This document shows, one piece after another, positions 41,144 to 50,203 of a DNA stretch of 64,000 nucleotides. The position numbers and the translations under genes were made by a program. The notes below the pieces were generated by a model, which had not been told where the DNA came from, searched no databases, and worked only from the letters and a program-made list of their open reading frames with translations. Origin of the DNA: Cypionkella sp. (lineage in GTDB: Bacteria > Pseudomonadota > Alphaproteobacteria > Rhodobacterales > Rhodobacteraceae); assembly GCA_040398785.1 (NCBI GenBank), contig JBBATJ010000005.1:83717-147716 (forward strand), given 5' to 3'. The stretch's first letter is position 1. Each line of letters begins with the position of its first letter.

Positions 41144-42721
41144 TTATTGCAACCTTGGCCGCACCTTTTGGCGCGCGCTGAGCGCGACCATCTGTGGTCC
41201 TGCGATTGGAGCAAAGGCGATCATCGTTGCGCCCCCTGCGACTGGGGCGATACGACAGCGGATCAACCGCCCGTCCGACAGCCGCAACTCTCCGATCCAA
41301 GGTTGGCGGTCGCCGATGGTTTGAACAAATTCGTCAATTTCGATCCAAATCTTGCTGGGGGCGGACAGGCTTTTCCAATGGTCGCCCAGATTGCGAATGC
41401 TTGCTTCGCCCAAGGTGGCGTTTGGATCATGCCCCCACAATTGACTATAGGCCATGTTCGACCACATCAGTTGCCCCGCTTGACCAAAGACAACAATCGC
41501 CTCGGCCATTTGGTCGATGACGGAATGGCCCAATTCCAGATCAGACCGATAGCGGCGCGTGCGCTGCATTTCCGTTGAGATATCTTCGATCATCAAGGCA
41601 AGCGCCCCGTTCGGATGAGGCCGGCCCGTGACGCGGAAGGTCTGCCCGTCCGCCAAGGCCCAGTTTTCTTGGAAAACCCCCGAAGATGCCGCCTTTTCCA
41701 TTTCTATGATTTGCCGCCGCCAGCCGATGAAATCCTTTGGCTCTGGCAAAAGATTGCGTTCGCGCATGGCGTCCAAAACCGAAAGCAGGCTGGGCCGCAT
41801 CGACAAAAAATCAGGCGGCAAATTGGTCAGGTCCAGCAAGGCAGGATTGAACATTTGCAATTTGCGATCCTTGTCAAAAATCGCAAGGCCAATGGGCAAT
41901 TGCGCAAAGGTTTTCGACAAGGTTTGCATAAATTCGTGCAGCGACGTTTCTGCAGTCACTGTCCGATCCGCCGGCGTTGCAAAACATAATATCTCGGATC
42001 CGCTGGGGTCTGACTCTAGGTCAAACCAAGCAGGGCCCTTGCCAGAAATGACAATCGATTGGCGTTGGCGGTCGCCAGTTTGCGCATTAAGTGCGCGATC
42101 AAACAAACGCGGTAGCGGCCACGAAAGCTGCGTCCCGCTGCCAGGGGCCATGGCCGCGGCCATGACCAAATAGCGGGTGTTGGCCCAAATTACATCGCCC
42201 GCGCTATTTTCGCGCCACGCCAAAATCGGTGCTTTTGAAATTGTGTCGCGCAAAATAGCCACCTCCTCGGTGGCGGCGTGGTGGGCGACAGCGATGGCAA
42301 CATTGGGGCCGTCCAAAATATCAGGATCCGACAGAACAATTTTGGTCAACCCGCCACTGTAGGACACATCAACCAAAGTCGCGAGACCGTTTTGCGTGTG
42401 ATACACATTGGAAAAACTGCCCAGTTCAGCGATTTTTGTCAGATTGTCTTCGATCTTGGGGAAACGGGGTTTCAAAAATGCCATAAGACAGGCCCAGTCA
42501 TCGCCAAGGTCCAGCGCCTGCGCCAACAGGGCGCGGCCCGACGGACTGCAATCGATCAGACGTGTTTCATCAAATAAAAATACTGGCCCGCTGGGGGTTT
42601 GCGCCAAGATCGGGCTGGGTGCCGCCTTGGGTTTCTGCCGCCATACATTCACCAACAACAACAAAACCGCCGTCGTCATCAACACGGATCCGATAATTTC
42701 TGCGGTTAGGTTAAACGACAT
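41144..42721 (-). CDS. divL: Membrane-anchored multi-PAS protein without kinase domains (Rhodobacterales DivL-like)
   Basis: N-terminal TM, PAS repeats (LPIGLAIFDKDRKLQMFNPA; IVVFGQAGQLMWSN), no H-box or HATPase. Adjacent to regB, as for R. capsulatus divL; upstream CtrA box. Confidence 0.7.
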   Translation of the reverse strand: MSFNLTAEIIGSVLMTTAVLLLLVNVWRQKPKAAPSPILAQTPSGPVFLFDETRLIDCSPSGRALLAQALDLGDDWACLMAFLKPRFPKIEDNLTKIAELGSFSNVYHTQNGLATLVDVSYSGGLTKIVLSDPDILDGPNVAIAVAHHAATEEVAILRDTISKAPILAWRENSAGDVIWANTRYLVMAAAMAPGSGTQLSWPLPRLFDRALNAQTGDRQRQSIVISGKGPAWFDLESDPSGSEILCFATPADRTVTAETSLHEFMQTLSKTFAQLPIGLAIFDKDRKLQMFNPALLDLTNLPPDFLSMRPSLLSVLDAMRERNLLPEPKDFIGWRRQIIEMEKAASSGVFQENWALADGQTFRVTGRPHPNGALALMIEDISTEMQRTRRYRSDLELGHSVIDQMAEAIVVFGQAGQLMWSNMAYSQLWGHDPNATLGEASIRNLGDHWKSLSAPSKIWIEIDEFVQTIGDRQPWIGELRLSDGRLIRCRIAPVAGGATMIAFAPIAGPQMVALSARQKVRPRLQ

Positions 42722-42771
42722 TTTTCAACCCCAAATAGCACCTGCGTTGGTGCAGCTTAGGGGTGATTTTA

Positions 42772-42786
42772 TTAACGAAGGGTTAA
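42772..42786. promoter_or_regulatory. CtrA binding box
   Basis: TTAA-CGAAGGG-TTAA (TTAA-N7-TTAA) about 50 bp upstream of the divL-like start, in an AT-rich spacer. Confidence 0.75.
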
Positions 42787-42824
42787 TAAAATTTAAAATT
42801 CATATAAAATCAATGCGATATTGC

Positions 42825-44192
42825 CTATTCTAGCGCCATATTTTGCCCCAAGACCCCGCCCCGATCTGTCCGCAGTGCGGCCAAGGGCCAAACCACCTCG
42901 ACGATGGCGCCGCAACGGGGGGGACGCTCTTCGGCGTTTAGGAACGGGTCCGTCCCATTGGCAAAGCTAAGCTGAGCGCCCGTGCGTTCCAGCAGTGTCT
43001 TGGCAATGAACAGACCCGTGCCCATTCCTTCATAGCCAGGCCGGGTCTGCGGAAAATCCCGCTTGTTGCGCAAAAATGGATCGCCGATGCGCGGCAGGAT
43101 CTGTTGGGCAAAGCCTGCACCATCGTCACAGATGCGCAAAATCAGATGATCGGCGGTCCAAGTTCCGTCAATCCAAACGCTTTTTTGGGCAAAATCAACG
43201 GCGTTTTGCACCAGATTGCGCACGCCGTGGATCAATTCAGGACGGCGTAAAATGGTGGGTTCTTCGCCCGCAGAGTCAAAAGAAAAGATCAGGGATTTGC
43301 CGCGCTGGGCATGGGGTTCTGCGGCCTCGTGGATCGTGGCGCTATAGGGCGCGCGACGCAGGTGCAGATCATCATTCCCCGCTTTGCCCATTTGCCGCAA
43401 AATATCGCGGCACCGATCTGCCTGATCACGGATCAAGACAGCATCCTCATACCAACTGGGATGCGCGCGCAATTCGTCCAGCAATTCGCTGCTGACCAAT
43501 TTGATTGTGGCGAGGGGCGTGCCCAATTCATGGGCCGCCGCCGCCACAACCCCGCCCAGATCGGTTAGTTTCTGTTCGCGGGCAAGGGCCAGTTGCGTTG
43601 CCAAAAGCGCGTCTGACATTGCGTGAATTTCGGTAGAAATGCGCCGCGCATACAGGCCCAGAAATGCAATCCCCACAAGAATAGACAACCAAAATCCAAA
43701 CTCGAACAGTTTCGGAATGCCAAAAACCTGACCCGACAGTGTGTGCAACGGCACGCGAAACAGGGCAATGACTGTGGTGCAACTGGCGGCAGCCGCGCCG
43801 ATGATCACCGTCGCCCGCAAGTCCAGCGCACTGGCCGACACCACCACAGGCGCCAACAGCAAAAGTGAAAACGGATTGGTAAGCCCGCCCGTAAAATACA
43901 GCAAAACCGCCAATTGCAGCGTATCAAATAACAACAGCGCCATCGATTGCGTTTCGGACAGGCGTTTGTTGCGGGGAAAAATGTTGTTGGTCACCAAATT
44001 GACCAAGATCGCCGCCGCCACCGTCATCAAACACAGGCCCATTGGCAGATCAAAGTCCAGATACAGCCGTGCCACGGCCAGCGCGCTGGATTGCCCGACA
44101 ATTGCCATCCAGCGCAACAAGATCAGGGTCCGCAACGGCAACCAATCTGTGCGATGGTAACGAATACGTGCGTCTGGTCCTGGATGTGTCAT
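42825..44192 (-). CDS. regB: Redox sensor histidine kinase RegB/PrrB
   Basis: GGLTNPF quinone-binding motif, AAAAHELGTPL H-box and DRCRDIL redox Cys. Confidence 0.96.
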   Translation of the reverse strand: MTHPGPDARIRYHRTDWLPLRTLILLRWMAIVGQSSALAVARLYLDFDLPMGLCLMTVAAAILVNLVTNNIFPRNKRLSETQSMALLLFDTLQLAVLLYFTGGLTNPFSLLLLAPVVVSASALDLRATVIIGAAAASCTTVIALFRVPLHTLSGQVFGIPKLFEFGFWLSILVGIAFLGLYARRISTEIHAMSDALLATQLALAREQKLTDLGGVVAAAAHELGTPLATIKLVSSELLDELRAHPSWYEDAVLIRDQADRCRDILRQMGKAGNDDLHLRRAPYSATIHEAAEPHAQRGKSLIFSFDSAGEEPTILRRPELIHGVRNLVQNAVDFAQKSVWIDGTWTADHLILRICDDGAGFAQQILPRIGDPFLRNKRDFPQTRPGYEGMGTGLFIAKTLLERTGAQLSFANGTDPFLNAEERPPRCGAIVEVVWPLAALRTDRGGVLGQNMALE

Positions 44193-44270
44193 TCTGTCCT
44201 ATGTTCTACTATGGTCTAACATATGCGGCCCGCGTAGTGTGAGTTTGCAATTTTCAATATAGGACGAAAA

Positions 44271-44894
44271 ATGACATTGCGTGGAATTTATGCAATTTTA
44301 GGCGCAGTTGCGGTGGTCGGGCTATTGTCTGGGACATTGTATACGGTGATGTCAAAATCCAACACCGATCCTTTTGCGGATTGTGGGGGCGGGGCTGTGG
44401 CGGGCGGGGCGATTGGGGGGCCATTTACCCTAACGGACGAAAACGCCAAGACCGTGACAGATGCTGATATTATCACCAAACCGACCTTGGTTTATTTCGG
44501 CTATACGTTTTGCCCCGATGTCTGCCCAATGGACGGCGCACGCAACGCGGCGGCGGTCGATCTTTTGGATGCGGCGGGGTATGATGTCACGCCGGTCTTT
44601 ATCACAATTGATCCCGCCCGCGACACGCCAGAGGTGCTGCGCGCCTTTACCGACAGTCTGCACCCAAAAATGATTGGCCTTACGGGCACGGATGCACAGA
44701 TTAAGGCCGTTTCAACCGCCTATAAGACCTATTATCAAAAGCAAGAAGGTGATCCGAAATACTATATGATGGATCATTCGACCTTTACCTATTTGATGAT
44801 GCCCAAAATTGGATTTCTAGATTTCTTTGATCGCGATGCCACGGCGGAAACGATGGCAAAGCGCACCGAATGCTATCTTGACCACCTGAAATAA
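44271..44894 (+). CDS. senC: SCO-family copper chaperone SenC/PrrC
   Basis: FGYTFCPDVCP (CxxxC) and MDHS; lies between regB and regA. Confidence 0.95.
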   Translation: MTLRGIYAILGAVAVVGLLSGTLYTVMSKSNTDPFADCGGGAVAGGAIGGPFTLTDENAKTVTDADIITKPTLVYFGYTFCPDVCPMDGARNAAAVDLLDAAGYDVTPVFITIDPARDTPEVLRAFTDSLHPKMIGLTGTDAQIKAVSTAYKTYYQKQEGDPKYYMMDHSTFTYLMMPKIGFLDFFDRDATAETMAKRTECYLDHLK

Positions 44895-44902
44895 AGGCAC
44901 GT

Positions 44903-44936
44903 TTGACCTGACCACAGTTTGGGCTAGCTGTGGTCA
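44903..44936 (+). promoter_or_regulatory. Candidate internal regA promoter with overlapping 9-bp inverted repeat
   Basis: TTGACC-N16-TAGCTG overlapping TGACCACAG-N10-CTGTGGTCA. Confidence 0.4.
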
Positions 44937-44955
44937 AAATAACAGGAGAAGAACA

Positions 44956-45507
44956 TTGGAAGATACCCATCTTGATCTTGGACCTGATGTCAGCCTTTTG
45001 CTGGTGGATGATGACGAGGCCTTTGTGAAGCGTCTGGGTAAGGCCATGGAAAAGCGCGGTTTCCTGCCTGAAATCGCCAGCAGTGTGGCCGCAGGGCGCA
45101 GTATCGCCCTTGCCCGCCCGCCCGCCTATGCCGTGATTGATCTGCGCCTAGAAGATGGCAATGGGCTGGATGTGGTTGAGGTGTTGCGGGATATTCGCCC
45201 AGATTGCCGCATTGTCGTTTTGACGGGTTATGGGGCGATTGCCACCGCCGTGGCCGCGGTAAAAATAGGGGCTACAGATTATTTGTCGAAACCCGCAGAT
45301 GCAAATGATGTGGTTAACGCGCTGCTATTAAAGTCGAATGCAATTCCAACATTGCAAGAAAATCCAATGTCAGCGGATCGTGTGCGCTGGGAACATATTC
45401 AACGCGTATACGAGATGTGCAATCGCAACGTGTCCGAAACTGCGCGCCGACTTTCAATGCATCGGCGCACGTTGCAGCGGATATTGGCAAAGCGCAGTCC
45501 AAAGTGA
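44956..45507 (+). CDS. regA: Response regulator RegA/PrrA
   Basis: LLVDDD, AVIDLRL, and C-terminal SADRVRWEHIQRVYE...SETARRLSMHRRTLQRIL; TTG start after AGGAG. Confidence 0.97.
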   Translation: MEDTHLDLGPDVSLLLVDDDEAFVKRLGKAMEKRGFLPEIASSVAAGRSIALARPPAYAVIDLRLEDGNGLDVVEVLRDIRPDCRIVVLTGYGAIATAVAAVKIGATDYLSKPADANDVVNALLLKSNAIPTLQENPMSADRVRWEHIQRVYEMCNRNVSETARRLSMHRRTLQRILAKRSPK

Positions 45508-45600
45508 TGTCAATCACATAAAATCAGTTAATATTGACATACTTGAAAATTTTATTATGAGAGCGTATGCTATCTGCATCCTCAATTAAGGAATCTTCAA

Positions 45601-45915
45601 ATGTCGATCGATTTATCTGCGCTTTCACTCAAAGAGTTGAAGGGTTTGCAAACACGTATAGTTAAAGAAATTGAAGGGTTTCATGATCGCACAAAGCGCC
45701 ACGCGCTGGCGGAACTTGAAGAAAAAGCCCGCGCTTTGGGATTTTCTTTGGCTGAATTGACGGGCTCTGTGAAAACCCGCAAGCGCGCGCCTGCGGTTGC
45801 GAAATATGCCAATCCTACGGATGCAAGTGACACATGGTCGGGCCGTGGCCGCAAGCCGCGCTGGTTTGCCGATGCGTTGAAATCCGGCAAAAAGCCCGAT
45901 GATTTTGCAATCTAA
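45601..45915 (+). CDS. hvrA: H-NS-family nucleoid protein HvrA/Spb
   Basis: KYANP...TWSGRGRKPRW DNA-binding motif; follows regA. Confidence 0.88.
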   Translation: MSIDLSALSLKELKGLQTRIVKEIEGFHDRTKRHALAELEEKARALGFSLAELTGSVKTRKRAPAVAKYANPTDASDTWSGRGRKPRWFADALKSGKKPDDFAI

Positions 45916-45932
45916 TATCGTTTAGAAAATGA

Positions 45933-45964
45933 AAAACGGGGAAAGCATCAGCTTTCCCCGTTTT
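45933..45964. terminator. Bidirectional terminator between hvrA and cspA
   Basis: AAAACGGGGAAAGC-ATCA-GCTTTCCCCGTTTT. Confidence 0.9.
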
Positions 45965-46000
45965 CTATTTCATAAGGTCCAATTTGAACCCGTTGGCAAA

Positions 46001-46207
46001 TTATGCCAGCGCCAGATTGATCGCCGACTCGCGGCCATCACGGCCTGCTTCGATGTCAAAGGTGACAGCTTGGCCGTCATTCAACTGGCGGATGCCTGCG
46101 CGTTCCATTGCGGAAACGTGGACGAAAACGTCCTTGTTGCCATTTGCTGGTGCAATAAAGCCGAAGCCCTTGGTTGCGTTAAACCACTTCACGGTGCCAT
46201 TAGCCAT
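46001..46207 (-). CDS. cspA: Cold-shock protein
   Basis: [18 protein letters not shown]...DVFVHVSA (RNP1/RNP2); 68 aa from ATG 46207 after AGGAG. Confidence 0.95.
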   Translation of the reverse strand: MANGTVKWFNATKGFGFIAPANGNKDVFVHVSAMERAGIRQLNDGQAVTFDIEAGRDGRESAINLALA

Positions 46208-46415
46208 CGTGAGATCTCCTGTTTTAGATGCCATCCGCGTTGTGCGATGACTTGGCTCAGACGTTAGTATCGATCGCTGAAGCCGCAAGGAGACAGGTTT
46301 TTCGAGTAATAGCGTTGTTCGCCTGCCCGATATGCACCTTTTTGTGCTAAAAAACAAGGGGGGCGTGCAAGAAATGATTTCGGGGGCGGATTTGGGGCAA
46401 AAGACCGCCCCAAAC

Positions 46416-46982
46416 TTAATCCTGTGCGCGGCCCTGATAGGACAAATCATCAGTGTTGATGATAACACGGGTCTCGGGCCCAATATGTGGTGGGACCATG
46501 ATCCGAACGCCATTGGTGCAAATCGCAGGCTTATAGGACGAAGACGCCGTTTGCCCTTTGGTCACAGGCTCGGTCTCGGCAATTTCTACTGTGACGCGCA
46601 TCGGCAATTCCAGCGCAATCGCCAAGCCGTCAAAGGTTTTCAGATAGACTTTGATTCCATCTACCAAAAACACCTTATCATCGCCAATCACATCGGGATG
46701 CACGGCAATTTGTTCATATGTGTTCGGCTCCATGAAATGGAACCCTTCGCCGTCTTCATACAGGAAATCATATTCGCGGTCGTCCACATTGGCCTTTTCG
46801 ACCATTTCCGTGGTGCGCCAGCGTTCGGCCACCTTTACCCCGTCGGAAATGCGGCGCATATCGACCGAAGTCGTTGGCGTGCCTTTGCCGGGATGGAAAT
46901 TTTCGGCCTTAAGAACGGCATATAATTTGCCATCCATTTCGACAACATTGCCTTTACGCAGGCTGGACGCGATGACTTTCAC
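46416..46982 (-). CDS. efp: Elongation factor P
   Basis: PGKG tip loop (FHPGKGTPT), FMEPNTYEQ and [11 protein letters not shown]; GTG start. Confidence 0.96.
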   Translation of the reverse strand: MKVIASSLRKGNVVEMDGKLYAVLKAENFHPGKGTPTTSVDMRRISDGVKVAERWRTTEMVEKANVDDREYDFLYEDGEGFHFMEPNTYEQIAVHPDVIGDDKVFLVDGIKVYLKTFDGLAIALELPMRVTVEIAETEPVTKGQTASSSYKPAICTNGVRIMVPPHIGPETRVIINTDDLSYQGRAQD

Positions 46983-47075
46983 GGGCGTTTTCCTTGTGTT
47001 CAGACGATTGCGGGCCTATTGCCGCGCAGGATTGGAATTGCCTTTACCGCATTGAAACGGAAATCGAAAGCTGAA

Positions 47076-48104
47076 ATGACAAACGCGTGGTGGACCAGAC
47101 ATAGCGAGCGGCGGCCTTTGCTGATTGCCCGCAATCGTATTCAATCGGCCATGCGGGTTTGGTTGGGCGATCAGGGGTTTACCGAGGTGGACCCCGCCTC
47201 CCTTGCGATCAGTCCTGGAAATGAGGCGCATTTGCACGGATTTGCCACGGATGCGATTGGCAATGATGGTTTGGCGCGGCGGATGTATCTGCACACCAGC
47301 CCCGAATTTGCGATGAAAAAGCTGCTTGCGGCGGGGGAAACCCAAATCGCCGCCTTTGCCCATGTCTTTCGCAATCGCGAAAGGGGGGCGCTGCACAGTC
47401 CTGAATTTACCATGCTGGAATGGTATCGGGTTGGGGCGGATTATAGCGATTTGATGGAAGATGTGGTGGGTCTGATCCGTCTGGCGGCGCAGACTGTGGG
47501 CGTGGATCAATTGCGGTTTCGCGATAAGACCTGTGATCCCTTTGCGCCCGTGGAACGCTTGTCGGTGGCGCAGGCGTTTTTGACCTATGCGGACATTGAC
47601 CTGATGGCGACAATGGACGCCGATGGCACTGTCAGCGCCCCTGCCTTGGCGCAGGCCTGTGCCCTGATTGGTCTGCGCACCGCACCTGATGACACGTGGT
47701 CGGATATGCTGTCGCGGGTTCTGGGTATTGTAGAGCCGCATCTGGGCATGGGCCGTATCACGATCCTAGATCAATACCCTGCGCATGAGGCGGCGCTGGC
47801 GCGCAAACTGCCCGATGATCCGCGTTTGGCCGAACGATTCGAGGTGTATGCTTGCGGCGTTGAACTTGCCAATGGGTTTGGGGAATTGACCGACCCTGCC
47901 GAACAGCGCCGCCGATTTGCCCTGGAGATGGACGAAAAACAGCGGGTTTATGGCGAAACCTATCCGGTGGATGAGGATTTCCTGAGCGCGCTTTCACAAA
48001 TGCCGCCCTCTGCGGGGATTGCCATGGGGTTTGAGCGCGTGGTGATGCTGGCCCTTGGCGCGCCGCGCATTGATGATGTGATTTGGGCACCCGTTCCAGA
48101 ATAG
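47076..48104 (+). CDS. epmA: EF-P lysyl ligase EpmA (GenX/PoxA)
   Basis: LysRS catalytic domain only: YLHTSPEFAMKKLL, FRNRE...HSPEFTMLEWY, ELANGFGEL and GIAMGFER; divergent from efp. Confidence 0.94.
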   Translation: MTNAWWTRHSERRPLLIARNRIQSAMRVWLGDQGFTEVDPASLAISPGNEAHLHGFATDAIGNDGLARRMYLHTSPEFAMKKLLAAGETQIAAFAHVFRNRERGALHSPEFTMLEWYRVGADYSDLMEDVVGLIRLAAQTVGVDQLRFRDKTCDPFAPVERLSVAQAFLTYADIDLMATMDADGTVSAPALAQACALIGLRTAPDDTWSDMLSRVLGIVEPHLGMGRITILDQYPAHEAALARKLPDDPRLAERFEVYACGVELANGFGELTDPAEQRRRFALEMDEKQRVYGETYPVDEDFLSALSQMPPSAGIAMGFERVVMLALGAPRIDDVIWAPVPE

Positions 48105-48152
48105 CGGTTTTCCCCCCTTTCGCATGGGGTTGCCAATGACTAGACTGACCTT

Positions 48153-48818
48153 ATGAAATGGAACCTGCCCAATACTTTGACCCTTGTTCGATTGCTGGCC
48201 GCCCCTGGTGTGCCGCTGATGTTTTTGTATTTTCATCGACCTTGGGCCGATTGGTTCGCGCTGGCCCTGTTCATTGGTGCGGCGATTACGGATTACTTTG
48301 ACGGCTATTTGGCGCGTCTGTGGAAACAAGAAAGCAAATTCGGCGCGATGATGGACCCGATTGCCGATAAGGCGATGGTGGTGATCGCGATTATGGTTTT
48401 GACGGGATATTCGGGGATGAACCCTTGGCTGATTCTGCCCGCGACGATCATTCTGTTCCGTGAAGTGTTCGTGTCTGGTCTGCGCGAATATCTGGGCGAT
48501 AAGGCGGGATTGTTGCAAGTGACCAAACTGGCGAAATGGAAGACCACGATGCAGATGGTCGCGCTTGCGGTGCTGTTTCTGGGCACGGGGTTGGAATATC
48601 TGAACGGCGTCAAAATGGCGGGAATGACGCCCGATCAATATACTTTGGCGGTCGCGGCGGGGCTTGCTGATCCTGTGCGGGCCTGTGGAAAATCAGATTG
48701 CGCATCTGTGGCGGGCTATGTTGGGCTGACATTGATGTGGATCGCGGCGGTTTTGACGGCGCTGACGGGTTTGGATTATTTTCAAAAATCCAAACCCTAT
48801 TTGCGGGATGAACCATGA
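48153..48818 (+). CDS. pgsA: Phosphatidylglycerophosphate synthase
   Basis: LPNTLTLVR and TDYFDGYLAR...GAMMDPIADK CDP-alcohol motif. Confidence 0.95.
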   Translation: MKWNLPNTLTLVRLLAAPGVPLMFLYFHRPWADWFALALFIGAAITDYFDGYLARLWKQESKFGAMMDPIADKAMVVIAIMVLTGYSGMNPWLILPATIILFREVFVSGLREYLGDKAGLLQVTKLAKWKTTMQMVALAVLFLGTGLEYLNGVKMAGMTPDQYTLAVAAGLADPVRACGKSDCASVAGYVGLTLMWIAAVLTALTGLDYFQKSKPYLRDEP

Positions 48819-49063
48819 TTGAGGTTTTGTATTTCGCATGGCTGCGCGAACGCATTGGACTGCCGCGCGAAACGGTGCAAACCAGCGCCGCAACTGCGCG
48901 GGATTTGATCGCAGAATTATGCGAGAAAGACGCGCGCTATGGTCTGGCATTTGCCGATATTTCTGCGGTGCGCGTCGCCTTGGATCAAACATTATCGGAC
49001 TTTGATGCGCCCTTGGCAGGGGTGCGGGAAATTGCGTTTTTCCCCCCCATGACAGGCGGCTGA
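48815..49063 (+). CDS. moaD: Molybdopterin synthase small subunit
   Basis: YFAWLRERIG...EIAFFPPMTGG C-terminus. Confidence 0.96.
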   Translation: MIEVLYFAWLRERIGLPRETVQTSAATARDLIAELCEKDARYGLAFADISAVRVALDQTLSDFDAPLAGVREIAFFPPMTGG

Positions 49064-49064
49064 T

Positions 49065-49502
49065 ATGCTGCGCATTCAAGAGGCGGCGTTTGATCTGGGG
49101 GCCGAGGCGAATGCCTTTGACGCCACGGGCGCGGGGGCTGTGGTTACGTTTTCGGGTATCGTGCGCGATAATGGCGGGCTGTTGATCGGGATGCAGATCG
49201 AACATTACCCTGCCATGACGGAAAAGGCGATTGCAGCAATGATGGATCAGGCGCGTGCGCGCTGGGATTTGGTCAATGTTTTGGTGATCCACCGCCATGG
49301 CTATCTGCCCGTGGGTGCGCCGATCATGATGGTCGCCACCGCCGCCCTGCACCGCGTTGCGGCATTCGAGGCGGCGGAATTTTTGATGGATTATCTGAAA
49401 TCCCGCGCGCCTTTCTGGAAACAGGAAATCACGGCCACGGGCGCCACTTGGGTGCAAGCGAAACCACAGGATGAGGCAGCGTTACGCCGTTGGGGGAAAT
49501 GA
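49065..49502 (+). CDS. moaE: Molybdopterin synthase large subunit
   Basis: FSGIVR, EHYPAM, HRHG and LKSRAPFWKQE. Confidence 0.95.
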   Translation: MLRIQEAAFDLGAEANAFDATGAGAVVTFSGIVRDNGGLLIGMQIEHYPAMTEKAIAAMMDQARARWDLVNVLVIHRHGYLPVGAPIMMVATAALHRVAAFEAAEFLMDYLKSRAPFWKQEITATGATWVQAKPQDEAALRRWGK

Positions 49503-50203
49503 TGGAAAAAGTAGCCGTGATCACCGCAGGCGGGTCGGGCATGGGCGCGGCCGCCGCACGCAGGCTGGCCGAGGATGGATACCGCATTGCGATCCTATCG
49601 TCGTCGGGCAAGGGCGCGGCACTGGCCGAAAGTTTGGGCGGCGTGGGCGTTACAGGATCGAACCAATCCAATGACGATGTGGCGCGGCTGATAGATGCCA
49701 CGATGGACCGCTTTGGCCGCATTGATGTATTGGTCAATTCGGCGGGGCATGGCCCGCGTGCGCCCTTGTTGGACATCACCGACGAGGGCTGGCATCAGGG
49801 CATTGATATTTATTTTCTATCTGCCGTGCGCCCCATTCGGTTGGTCACGCCCATCCTGCAAGCCCAAGGTTGGGGCGGAAGCATTATCAACATCACCACA
49901 TTCGCCACCTTTGAACCCGATCCCGCCTTTCCGACATCAGGCGTGGCGCGGGCGGGCCTTGCGGCCTTTACCAAACTGTTCGCGGATCAATATGCGTCCG
50001 AAGGGATCAGGATGAACAATATCCTGCCAGGTTTCATCGACAGCCTGCCCGAGCGTGAGGCGTTTCGCGCCCGCATTCCGATGGGCCGCTATGGCAAAGT
50101 TGCGGAAATTGCGGGAACAGTCAGCTTTCTGGCGTCGGACGCGGCGGGCTATATCACGGGGCAGAATTTGCGCGTCGATGGTGGGATTACAAGATCGGTT
50201 TAA
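49499..50203 (+). CDS. SDR-family oxidoreductase (SxxxR in place of YxxxK)
   Basis: TAGGSGMG, VNSAGHG, TSGVAR and NNILPGFID. Confidence 0.85.
   Translation: MMEKVAVITAGGSGMGAAAARRLAEDGYRIAILSSSGKGAALAESLGGVGVTGSNQSNDDVARLIDATMDRFGRIDVLVNSAGHGPRAPLLDITDEGWHQGIDIYFLSAVRPIRLVTPILQAQGWGGSIINITTFATFEPDPAFPTSGVARAGLAAFTKLFADQYASEGIRMNNILPGFIDSLPEREAFRARIPMGRYGKVAEIAGTVSFLASDAAGYITGQNLRVDGGITRSV

Noticed and set aside
46208-46513. 170-aa extended cspA ORF, and a possible thermosensor leader
   Set aside because: The extension overlaps efp and precedes a clear SD at the 68-aa start; I could not derive a convincing leader structure by eye.
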